Assembly (NCBI GenBank): GCA_003427395.1
Contig: BFEA01000014.1
Span: forward strand, 789,629 to 853,628
Reading direction: 5' to 3'
Length of the DNA: 64,000 bases
From: Chara braunii
Taxonomy: Eukaryota > Plantae > Charophyceae
Numbering within the stretch: position 1 is the stretch's first letter; the number at the start of each line of letters is the position of its first letter. Shown here piece by piece: positions 23,665 through 35,963 of this stretch. The position numbers were made by a program, and so were the translations under genes. A model generated the notes under the pieces. It saw only the letters and a program-made list of their open reading frames with translations, searched no databases and was not told the origin of the DNA.

Positions 23665-25432
23665 TAATAAGCAGGCTACTCTCAGACTCACATCCCATCA
23701 TGCTCTTGTCGGAACGTTATTTGGAGTTAATCATGGTGGGTTGGTTACTTCGAGACTCATATCGCACCACATCTTCGAATCTGGGGACAACGTTTGAAAA
23801 GTTAGTCATATGGTGGGTAGGTTATTATGCAATTCACTGCCCACCGAATTGTCGAGCCTATAAAATGTTAAGGTCCAACACTTTGAAAAAAAAAAAGCGT
23901 TCGAAAAGTCACACGTACGGCGGGTAGGCATCTCCGAGTCCCACATCCCGCCATTGTTGGTCAAAAGTGGAAAGGTTACGGTTTCAATATATAGACGGAT
24001 TTAGATACGGTGGGCAGAGTACTCCAAGACACATATCCCACCACATCTTTGAATCTATAGACTCGGAGTGTTAGGTATTAGAATTGAAAGGACGTTGGCA
24101 GATGTTAGCAGTGTCAATTACAGTGTAATTCACTCCCACTGCGTTGACCAGAAAGAGACTAAGGATTTAATATATAGATGGTCTAGACTTGATGGGCAGG
24201 CTACTCTAAGACTCATTCCCACCTTATCGTCGACCCTTTTAGGATGCCAATAGGAAAGATGGTCGACAATTTTTCACACATGGTGGGTAGGCTATGTCGA
24301 GTCTCATAACCCACCGTGTTGTCGAATCTATAGAACTTCAAAATTTGGAAACGGTTAATCTGGTGGGTACGTTACTCTGAGCCTTATTCCCGCCGTTTAT
24401 TCAAACGTATAGAACATCAAGTATAAGAAATGGAAAAAACGTATGGAGAGTTAGACACACAATAGGTAGGCTACTATGAGACTCCCACCCCACCCCACCA
24501 CACCGTTGTACCTATAGAATGTTACACATCAAAATTTGAAAAGATGCTCATGTGGTCAGTCACACGGGGTTTGTTACTCTGCAACTCGTACCCCACCGCG
24601 TCTTTCCAAAATTTAGTTTGTCGAGGGAGTTGGTTTTAAGATGGGCTAGCTTATAAAGAGTTATTTTCGATATCAATTGAACGAATATCGGAAATAGGAA
24701 AGTAAAGAATTTTCGAAAATACGAGCGAAAGTTTGTTTCCAAAATACGAGCGAAGTTATGACTTTCGAAAAACAACGGATTTAGTTTAACATGTATGTTA
24801 CTTTTGGGACACACCGTTTTCCACACCAAGATGGTTACCCAAATAGCAATTGCGTTAAGTAGTTCAGAAATTTTGAATGTAGGTTGGTGTATCATGACTG
24901 TAAGTTATGCCGAGTTTCAAAATCCAAAGAAGTTACCGGTCATTATTCTAGGGTTCGCTACTTATTGTGTCGATCAAACTTACAAAGTTTTGGAAGGACA
25001 GAATCAAGTTAGTCACGATGGGCACGCTACTCTACGACTCACATCCATTATGAAGCTGGTCAGTAGACAAGAAGGTTGCAGATATCTTAGCATTGGTGAG
25101 ATCGTCATACATTCTTTCAAAGAATTTTAGTTGGAGATGCGGCTTATTTTCGACGTGATGCAAGCGATGAGGTTGCCCTCGAACATTTGAGAGAATTAGA
25201 GGTTGTAAACAGATCCCTCATAAATTTATAAGAGAGGTATGATAGAGGATGAAGCTTAGCAGGGCAGCCGTCTCTGGGTCCAATTTGTTAGGCAGAGTGG
25301 GCGCAGCTCGTTGACTGGAGAATCCAACGTTAGGTGGTAGGCAGTCTCTCTGGTTCACATCCTACCGCCCACCTTTCAAGTAGTCAGGAGGATTGACAGG
25401 GCAGCCTATTCAGGGTCCACATCCCCACCTCC
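23665..25432. repeat. Degenerate spaced array of ~15 dyad-symmetric ~35-bp cores
   Basis: Consensus ~TGGTGGGYAGGCTACTCTGAGACTCATWCCCACC recurring every ~65-110 bp. Confidence 0.85.
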
Positions 25433-26010
25433 TCTCCTTTTTAGACAACATACTTGTAGTACTTCCAAAGAAAGTCATGTTCCAATACAGTCGCCACTCA
25501 CAATCATCCTCAGAGGTAGTTGTAGTCTTTAGGGGAGTATGGGATAGGGTGGAAGTCGCGTACCTATCAACTCCCTACCTTCAAAGTTCCTCCTGAATTC
25601 CGACAGAGCTCCGCAATCGCCTTGTGCTTGTAACGGGGCTAATTATACTTTCTTCCTCATATCAATTCCAAAAACAATGAGGGGTTTGGACAAATAATAA
25701 TAAGATCCGCCAATCGGAGCATGCACAAGAAGGATCAACGGAGAGTATTGCAGGAAAAGAGGATGTCACCCCGACGAGGCAAATCGAATAAGATACCCTC
25801 CCCTAACTTAGGTTTTTAACATGGTTAGGCCAGACGCTCATATCCAAACACCGAAGGAGGGGTCCGGACCCGTGTATGGATCAATCCAGGCGCCCGGTTA
25901 ACCAGACATGAATCTGGCCAACCGGACATGTGGACGCAGACGGTCCCGTTGGGGTGGCCGAGTCCGGCTGTTCAGGTAAAAAAAAAAAAACAACGGCAGA
26001 CACACACACA

Positions 26011-26679
26011 NNNNNNNNNNNNNNNNNNNNNNNNNNNNNNNNNNNNNNNNNNNNNNNNNNNNNNNNNNNNNNNNNNNNNNNNNNNNNNNNNNNNNNNNNN
26101 NNNNNNNNNNNNNNNNNNNNNNNNNNNNNNNNNNNNNNNNNNNNNNNNNNNNNNNNNNNNNNNNNNNNNNNNNNNNNNNNNNNNNNNNNNNNNNNNNNNN
26201 NNNNNNNNNNNNNNNNNNNNNNNNNNNNNNNNNNNNNNNNNNNNNNNNNNNNNNNNNNNNNNNNNNNNNNNNNNNNNNNNNNNNNNNNNNNNNNNNNNNN
26301 NNNNNNNNNNNNNNNNNNNNNNNNNNNNNNNNNNNNNNNNNNNNNNNNNNNNNNNNNNNNNNNNNNNNNNNNNNNNNNNNNNNNNNNNNNNNNNNNNNNN
26401 NNNNNNNNNNNNNNNNNNNNNNNNNNNNNNNNNNNNNNNNNNNNNNNNNNNNNNNNNNNNNNNNNNNNNNNNNNNNNNNNNNNNNNNNNNNNNNNNNNNN
26501 NNNNNNNNNNNNNNNNNNNNNNNNNNNNNNNNNNNNNNNNNNNNNNNNNNNNNNNNNNNNNNNNNNNNNNNNNNNNNNNNNNNNNNNNNNNNNNNNNNNN
26601 NNNNNNNNNNNNNNNNNNNNNNNNNNNNNNNNNNNNNNNNNNNNNNNNNNNNNNNNNNNNNNNNNNNNNNNNNNNNNNN
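26011..26679. other. Assembly gap flanked by (CA)n and (GT)n
   Basis: N run. Confidence 0.99.
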
Positions 26680-26718
<39 letters not shown>

Positions 26719-27561
26719 CTTTTTCTTTTTTCTTTGTTTGTTAAATTTATTTGTGTTTTTTTAACTTTTCTTTGTTTTCTTTCCAGAACCAGACTGCTGT
26801 AATTGTTGTAGCTGCTCTCACTAATCTATAAACAGCAGAGCACATTCATCAACCCAAAATTGGAATACGAAATGACAAGGAATGAGTTGTAATCCAAGTA
26901 CCATTGCTACAACATTTTAACATCAATCCCCATCAAATAAAAATCTAATAAGAAGGTATGTGATCTTTCTCGAGGTTGCTTTCGTCTTACCCATTCAGAA
27001 GAACAAAAAAATAGAGACAAAATTACCACGGGCTTAATGTTGAACCAACGGTTGTCCGTACTAACAATCAGAGGAGATGATGACAACTTACCAATTAAAA
27101 TGTTGAAATCAAGTGGGAGTCGTGATACTCATAGCACATTATCAAGCTTCGCAATTCTAACTAGAGAGCCAATTTATTTTCGCTTCAACAAAAGAACACT
27201 CACAAGATAATATATATTAAAAAAAAGGCATGTAATCGGGGATCTTATTTGTCAAATTTAATCATGTCCCGTTCCCATCAGCATAATATCAACCGTTGAC
27301 TCACTTTTGTCGTAACAGAAAAGTTAATCAGTCACTCAGATCATCGTAGCAACTCTTTCACTGTAGTCAATCTGTCGACGATCCACGTAGAAGTTCGTTT
27401 CGAGTCACCAAGGAAGCATCACCCGACTGTAAAGTCGTACCAAAATTACAGTAATGAGAACTTTATTATGTCGAGTTGATACTTTGCACATACATCTGCT
27501 CTTGTTGATTGTTCGCAACCAAGTCTGAACTCAATCAGGATCATATTAGATAAATGAAAGA

Positions 27562-27670
27562 TGACCGGAAAGGTGTATTACATAAATAACCTCGAACAAA
27601 GCTTGTCAGGCTATGACTAGGAAGGTGTATGACATAAATAACCTCGAACAAAGTTTGTCAGACTATGACC
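27562..27670. repeat. ~52-bp tandem duplication
   Basis: AAGGTGTAT.ACATAAATAACCTCGAACAAAG.TTGTCAG.CTATGAC x2. Confidence 0.92.
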
Positions 27671-28809
27671 ACATAGTTTAGAATTAGAGAGCACAAGATT
27701 ATTGATGGTGTTAATCATATTTAAAGCAAACTTATATCTCATACGCGATTAACGAGGAACCGATCTCGAGTTTTCAGTGCCCAATTAGTATTATGTCTCA
27801 CCCGTCTATATCCATCTAAAAAAGACAAGGACAAAATGCACACGAGTGAGTAGAACAAATGACGGAGAAGAAAAAGATGTCAACTCCTTGACTTTACAAG
27901 CGACTTTATTAGTGTACACGGCCCTGAGTGAATCATCAGTCACCAATATTTCATATAGATAATCTACTCTCTTTTTACAGCTGATAACAATACTTATATC
28001 AGAACTAGTAAATCACCTTCCGCAAATGACTCGCATGAAGAAGAGGACACTGAGTCGGAAGTGATTGAGTTTGGAAGGATTTCAAGTATAGTACTCTACA
28101 CAATGTGTTCCCTTCACTGACTGATTATGACATTCTGATGCGATGATAGTAACTTCCTCAGGTACGCTAACCGGTGATCACAAACCAACGAAAGTAATAG
28201 ACGAGATAAAGACAGTTGCTCGACGTTGTCGGTGCGAATACCCTTACAAGGGTATTCGCCCTGGTTTTTGCAAGCAACAGAAGATAAGTTTGGTTTAAAA
28301 GTTTAAGTATATTGCGCAAGGCGCGACTGTGTCTGCAGTTTACAATTGACTGGATGGTTGACTAGAGTAGAGAGTGTGTGGCCGTGCAGATTTGAGGAGC
28401 GTCGCACGTGATCTCCCCTCTGATTGATGATCGTGGAAACCGACGTTGATCGCCGTTTTTTTTGTTTTTTTTTTGATTAAAGTAGGATTAAAGAGATTTT
28501 GTCTTTTGATTGGTGCGCTTGCCGGTGACTTGTGCGCATATGTGGAGGACGATATCGACAACAATGTGACCTTAAAACTATTTCGGTAAAATCTGATCTG
28601 TGCGGCGCGTCGATGGTGGAGTCAGAGCAGTGATGGTGAAATTTTTCTATTCCGTCCCATCTTAAAAATACGGGTCGACGAGTTCAACGTGCCTGCGAGC
28701 AGTGGCTGGTTAGCCCACGAAGCGGAAAAAGCCTGAATAACGGGGGTCGCTGCAAGTGCACGGTCGGCCAGCCACGATCTACCGCGATGGGTTGAGTGTG
28801 GCTGGGAGA

Positions 28810-29512
28810 GTCTCCATAAGATTGAAGAGTCCAGTACTATGTTTAATTTTGATTGTCTGAAGGGCTAGACAGGTTCCCATAAGATTGGGTGGTCTGGTTG
28901 CTTTGATTTGCGATGGTTGACTGTGCTTGATTTTCAGGGACCAAACATTTTTTCATAAGATTGGATGATTTGGTCTCGGGGTTTTCTTATGTTTTGTTAG
29001 TTTCTGAAAGAGGGTTGGGAAGGTTGCATAAGATTGGATGACCTTGACCCTCTCTTGCTTTATTCTCAAGGGGGAAATTCAGGCAAAGGACTGGACAGGT
29101 TCCCATAAGATTGGGTGGTCTGGTCTGGAGCCACGCACATGCTGGAACAAAAAGACTAAATTTGTTTATATTTTATATTACTTACTTATGAACAGGATAG
29201 TCATACATTTTTCCATAAGATCGGATGGTATGAATTTAACTTATCACCAACTGAAGAGAGTATGAATTAAGAATAAAATTGTGGTAAGAAAGGACAGGTT
29301 GAACCTTGATCTAAGATGACCAGTTTAGTTATATGTTACCTTAAAAGACAAAGTGTAGACATATATATATATAACTTGGATACTTAAATGGTCTAGGGTG
29401 CCTAGACTGGCTAATCTAATCGTGTGTCCAAAGAAGGGAAAAGTTGTAGTGCCCTGTATTTGTGTATATTTTATTGCTGAGCTAGACAGGTTCCCATAAG
29501 ATTGGGTGGTCT
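28810..29512. repeat. Spaced array of ~7 copies of GACAGGTTCCCATAAGATTGGGTGGTCTGG
   Basis: Copies near 28812, 28868, 28951, 29020, 29094, 29211 and 29485. Confidence 0.9.
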
Positions 29513-29829
29513 AGCTTTATGTCTTATGGAAGCTGGGTATAAAGAGATAAATCATTGAAATATTACGAATTATTGTTTGATAAATCTTACTTTGGGTTGG
29601 TGAGAGTACTTACCTTTGTGGTTTGGTCTGCATGTGACTGAGTGAGATCACTACTTAGTCTGAGTTTCAGTTGATAAGTAGTTGCTTTAGTTGCTCGCCA
29701 CGTGCTAGAGCCATAGGAGTTTGTTTCAATTCCTGCATTTTCTGAGCTAAGTTTATTTTTACTTAGCTCGATTTCTGTATTTTCTGGGATCATTTTTTGT
29801 ACTTGGTCTTGTATAAATCTTGGTACGCG

Positions 29830-32100
29830 ACTTTCTCTACGAGAAGCGCTGTCGAAATTTCTAAAAAAAACAAGGAGTTAGTCACATTTTGTCTTTTCAA
29901 GACTCATTTTGTCTGACTCTTTGGCTTGGTAAAAATCTTGAAATATCCATTTTCTAAAGGGAATTCTGCCCAAATTTTTACTAATTCAAGTAGTTAAATA
30001 AAATTGGACATTGAGAAGCAAAAAATCACTTTAAGATTCTGAACTTAGCTTTGTATAAATTTTGGATTAACACTTTTCTAAAGGGAGTGCTGCCGAAATT
30101 TCTACAAATCTAAGGAGTTAGTTAAAATTTTGTCTTGGTTAAACTCAGATTTGCTCTAGGTTCATATCTGACTTTGTAAAAATCTGGAAAGTCTCGTTTT
30201 CTAAAGAGACTGCTGCCCAAATTTTTACTAGTTCAGGGATTTAGAAAAAATTTAACTTTTGAAAATTAGAGATTGTTTTTATTTTCATATTTGAGTTAGG
30301 ATAAATTCTGAGAAGACGTTTTTTCTACGGGATGCATTGCCGAAATTTTCTTAGTTTAAAGGAGTTAGCCTGTATTTTGACAGGTGGCAGTTCTGACAAT
30401 CTACCCTGAATAGGAGAGATGTTGTCGTAGGTCTAGATTGCATTGGATACTGCCTTAGAGGTAGGTCCAGACTTAGTTGTAGAAGAATCTTGAGTGAGAT
30501 TGTGATATGGATATTATTCTTCATGGACTTATAAGTTTAGCTTGGGGATTGAACTGTCTTGTGTTACAGATCCTCTTGATCGTTTGATTCATGATTTGGG
30601 ATAGATTCAGCTTGATCCTACAAGGATCAGCTTCTGTTATCATCGATAACAGGTCGGTTGCCGATTCGTCAGTCTACGACTCAACTCCAATTCATCCTCA
30701 AATACTTTACCTAAAAGGCTTAAGCCCTGAAGATTTTCATTGTTTTACTAAGGTTTTCATCCAGACTTTTATTGAACGGCCATTTGACAAAGGTACTGAG
30801 TATTTAATTATGGGAGGTTGGACAAAGGTTGGGGCTTGCATGGCTAAAGTGAGGGTTATGAGTATAAAGATTGGTTGAAGTTGACTCCGTATAGTGTATG
30901 AATTTTTGGTTTACTCTTTGATGTGATTGCAGGTATATTCTGTGGTTCGGATTTTGGATTTGACTGCCTGCGACTGCACACATATATATGGTTGTGAGGA
31001 GTCTCACTGTGATTGTGAGAAGTGATCGTGACATACTTATACCTCCTTTGCTTATGTATATGTATGTATTTATATAAAGTGTTTGCGTGACCTGAGGGTC
31101 CACTCTTAAGGGTTTAACTAGGCTTGAGATCGAGGTCCTTGTCCAGGACATCCCAGGTCCTAGACTCTGCATGGAAGGGATCACCCCCCGCGCAGAGTCT
31201 ATTTGCCCTGCCTACCGGGGCACTCAGCCTAAAGGCAGGAGTTGCCACAGAGTCCGCACTACTATTCCTTCAGCCGTGCAATATCGTGAAGGGGTAGACC
31301 CTCACGATACTTCGAGGTTGACACTTGAGTGTCATAAGCAATACTCGGATCCACGAGGGACCGCTTGATTATGGGCACTACATAGTACGCTAAGATTGTG
31401 ACAACTTGCGTATTCATGCATTGTTAGTCGATATGGGATGGCCCTGCGTCCGCGCGGTCTTATACTAAGTCTCGCGCGCGTCGCCTAACCGATTTTCCGC
31501 ATCAGAAAGTTATAGGATGCCTATTGAGGGACTAGGAGTGTTGTTGAGTTGTTTGTTCTAAATTGTTCTGTATACGTACGTGAGCGTGTGTGTTTTAATT
31601 TTTATGTTCCGAGAGTGGTGTGCGCATGGTGTGAGGATGCGTCATCGTCGACCGACGACGAGTCGCGTTTGGGACCTCAGTCTCCCAAAGGCGTCGGTTC
31701 GCGTACGGGTCCAATGGAGGTGTAAAACCGCGCGTACCCCCTATGCTACAGTGTACGAGAAACGTCCTCGGCTGGTCCACCTCTGCGATTGCAACTGATT
31801 AACTTTCGTACTGTGAACTGGTAGCTCGGCGGGGATGCCCATTAAAGGGAGGTGACAACTCCCGCAAGGTGGAGGTAAGTCGTGCCTCGCGTAGGCCCTA
31901 TCCTGTCGTAGGGGCTCTCGAGAGGTATGACTGGTACACTCGGTCGGAGCGGCTTGTGAAACCTCCATGTGTATTCGCGATGAGGATTAAAAACCAATTC
32001 CTGCGTGACGCGACCGGGAGCGTCCCGCCCTGCCTTGAACGGTGTCGGACCGATGCGCTCGACAGGTGGCGCCGTTGCCGGGGATAGCGGTTGTATGCCA
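29830..32100 (+). mobile_element. Non-coding LTR-retrotransposon-like region, copy 1
   Basis: Five TTTTCTAAAGGGAGTGCTGCCGAAATTT-like motifs (29830-30350), resembling motifs I recall from plant Ty3 LTRs; colinear with the reverse complement of 54435-56450. Confidence 0.65.
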
Positions 32101-35100
32101 TTATTCCTTGTGGAACGATATCCGGGCATGAGAATGTGAGAAATAGGCAAAGTGAGAAGTTTTTCTCTGTGCTTTTATGGTTAATCGTTTGATGGTATTG
32201 AATAGGGAGCGAATGAGAGTTGACTGTGTGAGTTGATTTTGTTTGATGCAGTAAGGGTGGCACGAGAGCGATAAGCGGTTTGAATGTGCACTTACGTGCT
32301 ATGATTGATAAAATAGTAATTGGAGATGGTACCCCTTCTGACCCTGATAGTTGATGGATTTAGGCGATGCCTGCACGTTTGATATGACTAAGGTCAGATG
32401 AGGTGGTGTCAACATGGCTAAGAATGACTATTGTGGAGGTAGGCCCTATGAGGTACCTATTACGGTCGAAGGGTTATTTAAGTGACGATGAGGGCAACTT
32501 GGTACCTTTGCATTAGGGTAAGGTTGAAGATGAATGAGGGGGCATAATATGTTAGAAGTCATTGAGGGACTTCAAGGAGAGTTAGGCTAAGGACGCCGAA
32601 AACCTTTATAAGCATGGATATGGGATCCTTGAGTCTGGGTTCTAAGCGGTTGTTCAACTTATATAGCCATAGAAGTGTGAGGTCTGCCCCGCGTGATATG
32701 TTTCAATTAGGCATGCAGGTCAATAGGCAAATGCGATCAACAACAAGCCATAACCATAATGGAGAGGACTACGGGAAGTAGTAGATATGCATGGCACCTT
32801 TTCAAGAAAAGGGAAGTTTGGTCCCAGGGGCAGTCAGAGTAACAGTGAAGGGGCTAACGTTTAGACTATTTTGCTTACTTTTGATAGGGCGATGACTTGT
32901 AGTTGATGTTAGACCTTCGCTTGAACCTTTCCAGGCTTGGACCATCCACTTGAATCCATGCGTTGGAGCTAAGACTTGAGACTATTATCTTCTAAGAGCA
33001 TTCCGTTTTTAGATTATATGTTGAATTCATCTATATATGCCAGACCTTCTTGGAATAAGCCTGTCTAATGTGGATTTATATGAGGCTATGTGGTTGATGT
33101 TATTTCATTTTATGACTATCCTTTTCATGAATATCTCGCATGGTCTATTTATCTAAGACACGTATTTGAACCTATCAGTTTGCAAGGATCTATATGAGCA
33201 TCTCAAGTCGAATTATCGGCTTATAGCTGTCTGTTAAGGGTGGTGTGTTTGGATTGTCCTTCAAAGAGGGGTAGAGGCATTGCGCATAATTCACGTCTGG
33301 TGCGGATTCAGAGGTGAATGAAGTGACCACTTTCTGAAGATAAGCTGCTTCTCAGAAAATGATCAATGTGTAAGGTTTATCCTAAGGAAGGTTGCACTCC
33401 TATGTTATCGTTTCCCTGAAAAATGACTCTGAAAAAGTTATAATTTTGTCTTGTAAGTAGTAGTGAGACCCACGCCGGAACTTTTTTCCTAGCCCATAGT
33501 GGAATATTGTTGTTGTATCCCCTGTAATAAGATGACTGCACTACTACTGAATAGGAGGAAAGAATTTGAGTCTTGTCAGACCATGGCCTATGAGGGAAGC
33601 GACTACTACATGCCGTACATAGGTAAGGGGCGAATCCTCAACTATTTTTGTGTCAAGTGGGTTCACCAGCACAGGACGGGATAGCGCATTTCGAAGTGTG
33701 TATGACGAGGTTGTTTACTTTGTCGGCGAGAGTCTGCAAGGAGCGAGTGTTGGAATCAGAGGGAGAAGCAGTGAGGCTTGATCCTTGAGCGGGGCTCGGG
33801 GGTTTGAGATGCTATTCATTCTACAAAGGATTATACCGCCCATCGCCACAGTATACTTCTGTCAAAGTCGGGGAGTAAAGGGTAGTACTCTCACAAGAAT
33901 TATGGCTGAGAGTGTTATTTGTAAGCGATTTTGTTTTGATTATAACGTCCCTATTGTATGATATGTTTGATGGTATAAGCATATCATTATGAGATATTTG
34001 TATATGCTTTGGGTAACTGGCTAGCTTGAGTATAAGGCATTTGATATTTATAAGTATTTCTGATGTCAATCACTAAGGTAATATATCATCTTCATGAGTT
34101 TTTGATATCTGTAAACCTATTACTACCATGATATATTACCATTATTATTGTCTCTAACCTGGGTGGTCGTAAACACTAGAAAGGATGAATTTTAGTGAGA
34201 GATGATCAGAAGTTGAGGCTTCCAGAGTAGGGAGTGTAAAAAGGATGATTGTTAGCATAGTAACGGAAGATGTATGCTGGACGTTTTCTGTGATGGGCAG
34301 AACCTCGACAAACACGAAGATAACTCAAGATGCATTATGCAAAGGAAGATCCCAATATGACTTTGCCTGTTGAAAAGGAAGATGGGCTCGATATATCCTT
34401 GTCGAGGCGAGTTAAAGAAGGGGAATATATTTCTTCCTGGTAGGATATGTTGCTAGAGACGGGTATCTTCGTCTAGATCGAATCTGGATTCGATGATGGT
34501 CAGGACTGCGCGATCGTGAGGGTGACTCTGTATGTGTCTCCCTCGTTTTGGGTTTTACATGGGATTGAGTTGGCACTTGGGCATGGTAGCCTGCTTGCCC
34601 GATCTTTGAGGGTAGCTGAGGGGGCTGCAGCAAAGTGGGCGAGAGGCAAGATTCGTGAAGGAGAGGAACAAGTGGAGACTCGTATAGAGGTCAAGTCTGC
34701 CAAAGAGTTTCCTTCAGCCACATTACGAGTTATCTTGCCTGAGTTCCTGGTAGAGAAGTGTTTGGGGGGACTATTGAGGATAGAGGCCGCAGCAGAAGCC
34801 GCTTCGAGGGCGCGAGAGTGGGGGTATGAACTCTATACGTGTGAATTAAAATATGGCCTTCACCTGGACCAAAGGTTCATACCCCGTGGTTAAGGACGTA
34901 GGGATCTGGTCAATGTGGTTGACGCTTATGCGAGATCCCATGCTCCAGACGAAAGGGTTGTAGATTGGGATGAGGTTCGGGCGGTTGTAGATTGGGATGA
35001 GGTTCGGGCAGTCGCGGACCGATAGAGAGAGCCCTCATATTCTGCCAAGTGTGTCTCTCATGAACTTGTGTGTAATCACTTTACTGCGTAGTGCGAGTGC

Positions 35101-35891
35101 GGTGACCAACAACAGTTGAAGTCACCACTACTATACAGCGCTGACAAAAGGGCGTCGTCAGCCTGGAACATCAGATGACATCAATCGTAGGGAACAAAAT
35201 ATGTCTCTCAAGTGGCCCATCCACATTTCTCCGGAAAGTCTTTGCACACTACCCGTATCGGCGTATCCTGATCTAACTGCTCATTTCCACCTCACTTCTA
35301 CATGGATGAAGCTAGCAACGGGGAGTAATACAGACCGAATGAAAACTTATTTGACATCATCTAACAAAAGTATATATGTCTTTCACGTGTATCTCATACA
35401 AAGCCAAATCACCAAATTGTTTGTGCACTCCGCTAATACCCTCCTAGTAGTGCGTTCACTCGCTGATGATCATCTCATCGCCTCTCTACCCATAACTATT
35501 TTATGGTCTCGAACCTCTTGCCGCGAGCTAAACTCTTCAGCCCGACGATGACGACAACCGTGGAACATATCCGTGCTTCTCACGAGAGCCTCATGCATCG
35601 TCCTCTCCTGATCGGTACACAGTCGCAATCCTGATCACTAGAACTAGAATAACATAGTCTCTAGCGCTCATTGATCTTGCGCAGGAGTTTCTTTTATATA
35701 GTCTGGCAATGCCACAGTCGTTGTGCTATAAATGAGGGACTCGATAAACTTTTCAGAACACTTACTAAAACAATTAAATATTATAATAGGTTCCTTATCA
35801 ATAAATAAATGTTAATAGGATTAAAATTTTCACGGTCATGGAACAAGCGCATCTCTTTGAACTGCATCCGCGGTCTTTTCCATTTCAAACT

Positions 35892-35963
35892 AGGAAAACA
35901 GTAGACTAGGCGCGCAGGAAAACAGTAGACTAGGCGCGCAGGAAAACAGTAGACTAGGCGCGC
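35892..35963. repeat. Perfect 24-bp repeat x3
   Basis: AGGAAAACAGTAGACTAGGCGCGC. Confidence 0.97.

Noticed and set aside
25928-26802. 278/290-aa ORFs
   Set aside because: They span the N gap
23665-29512. True CRISPR arrays
   Set aside because: Eukaryotic TE context, no cas genes, degenerate repeats, irregular spacer lengths and spacers sharing motifs
31690-31750. Group II intron domain V/VI (CGTACGGGT...CCCTAT)
   Set aside because: The 5' half of domain V with the AGC/CGC triad is missing in both copies
31870-31885. RNase P CR-I-like GGAGGTAAGTC
   Set aside because: No complementary CR-V/P4 partner found
32600-33050. Degenerate Ty3 integrase C-terminus (RKGKFGPR)
   Set aside because: Only scattered short matches in different frames; not supportable by eye
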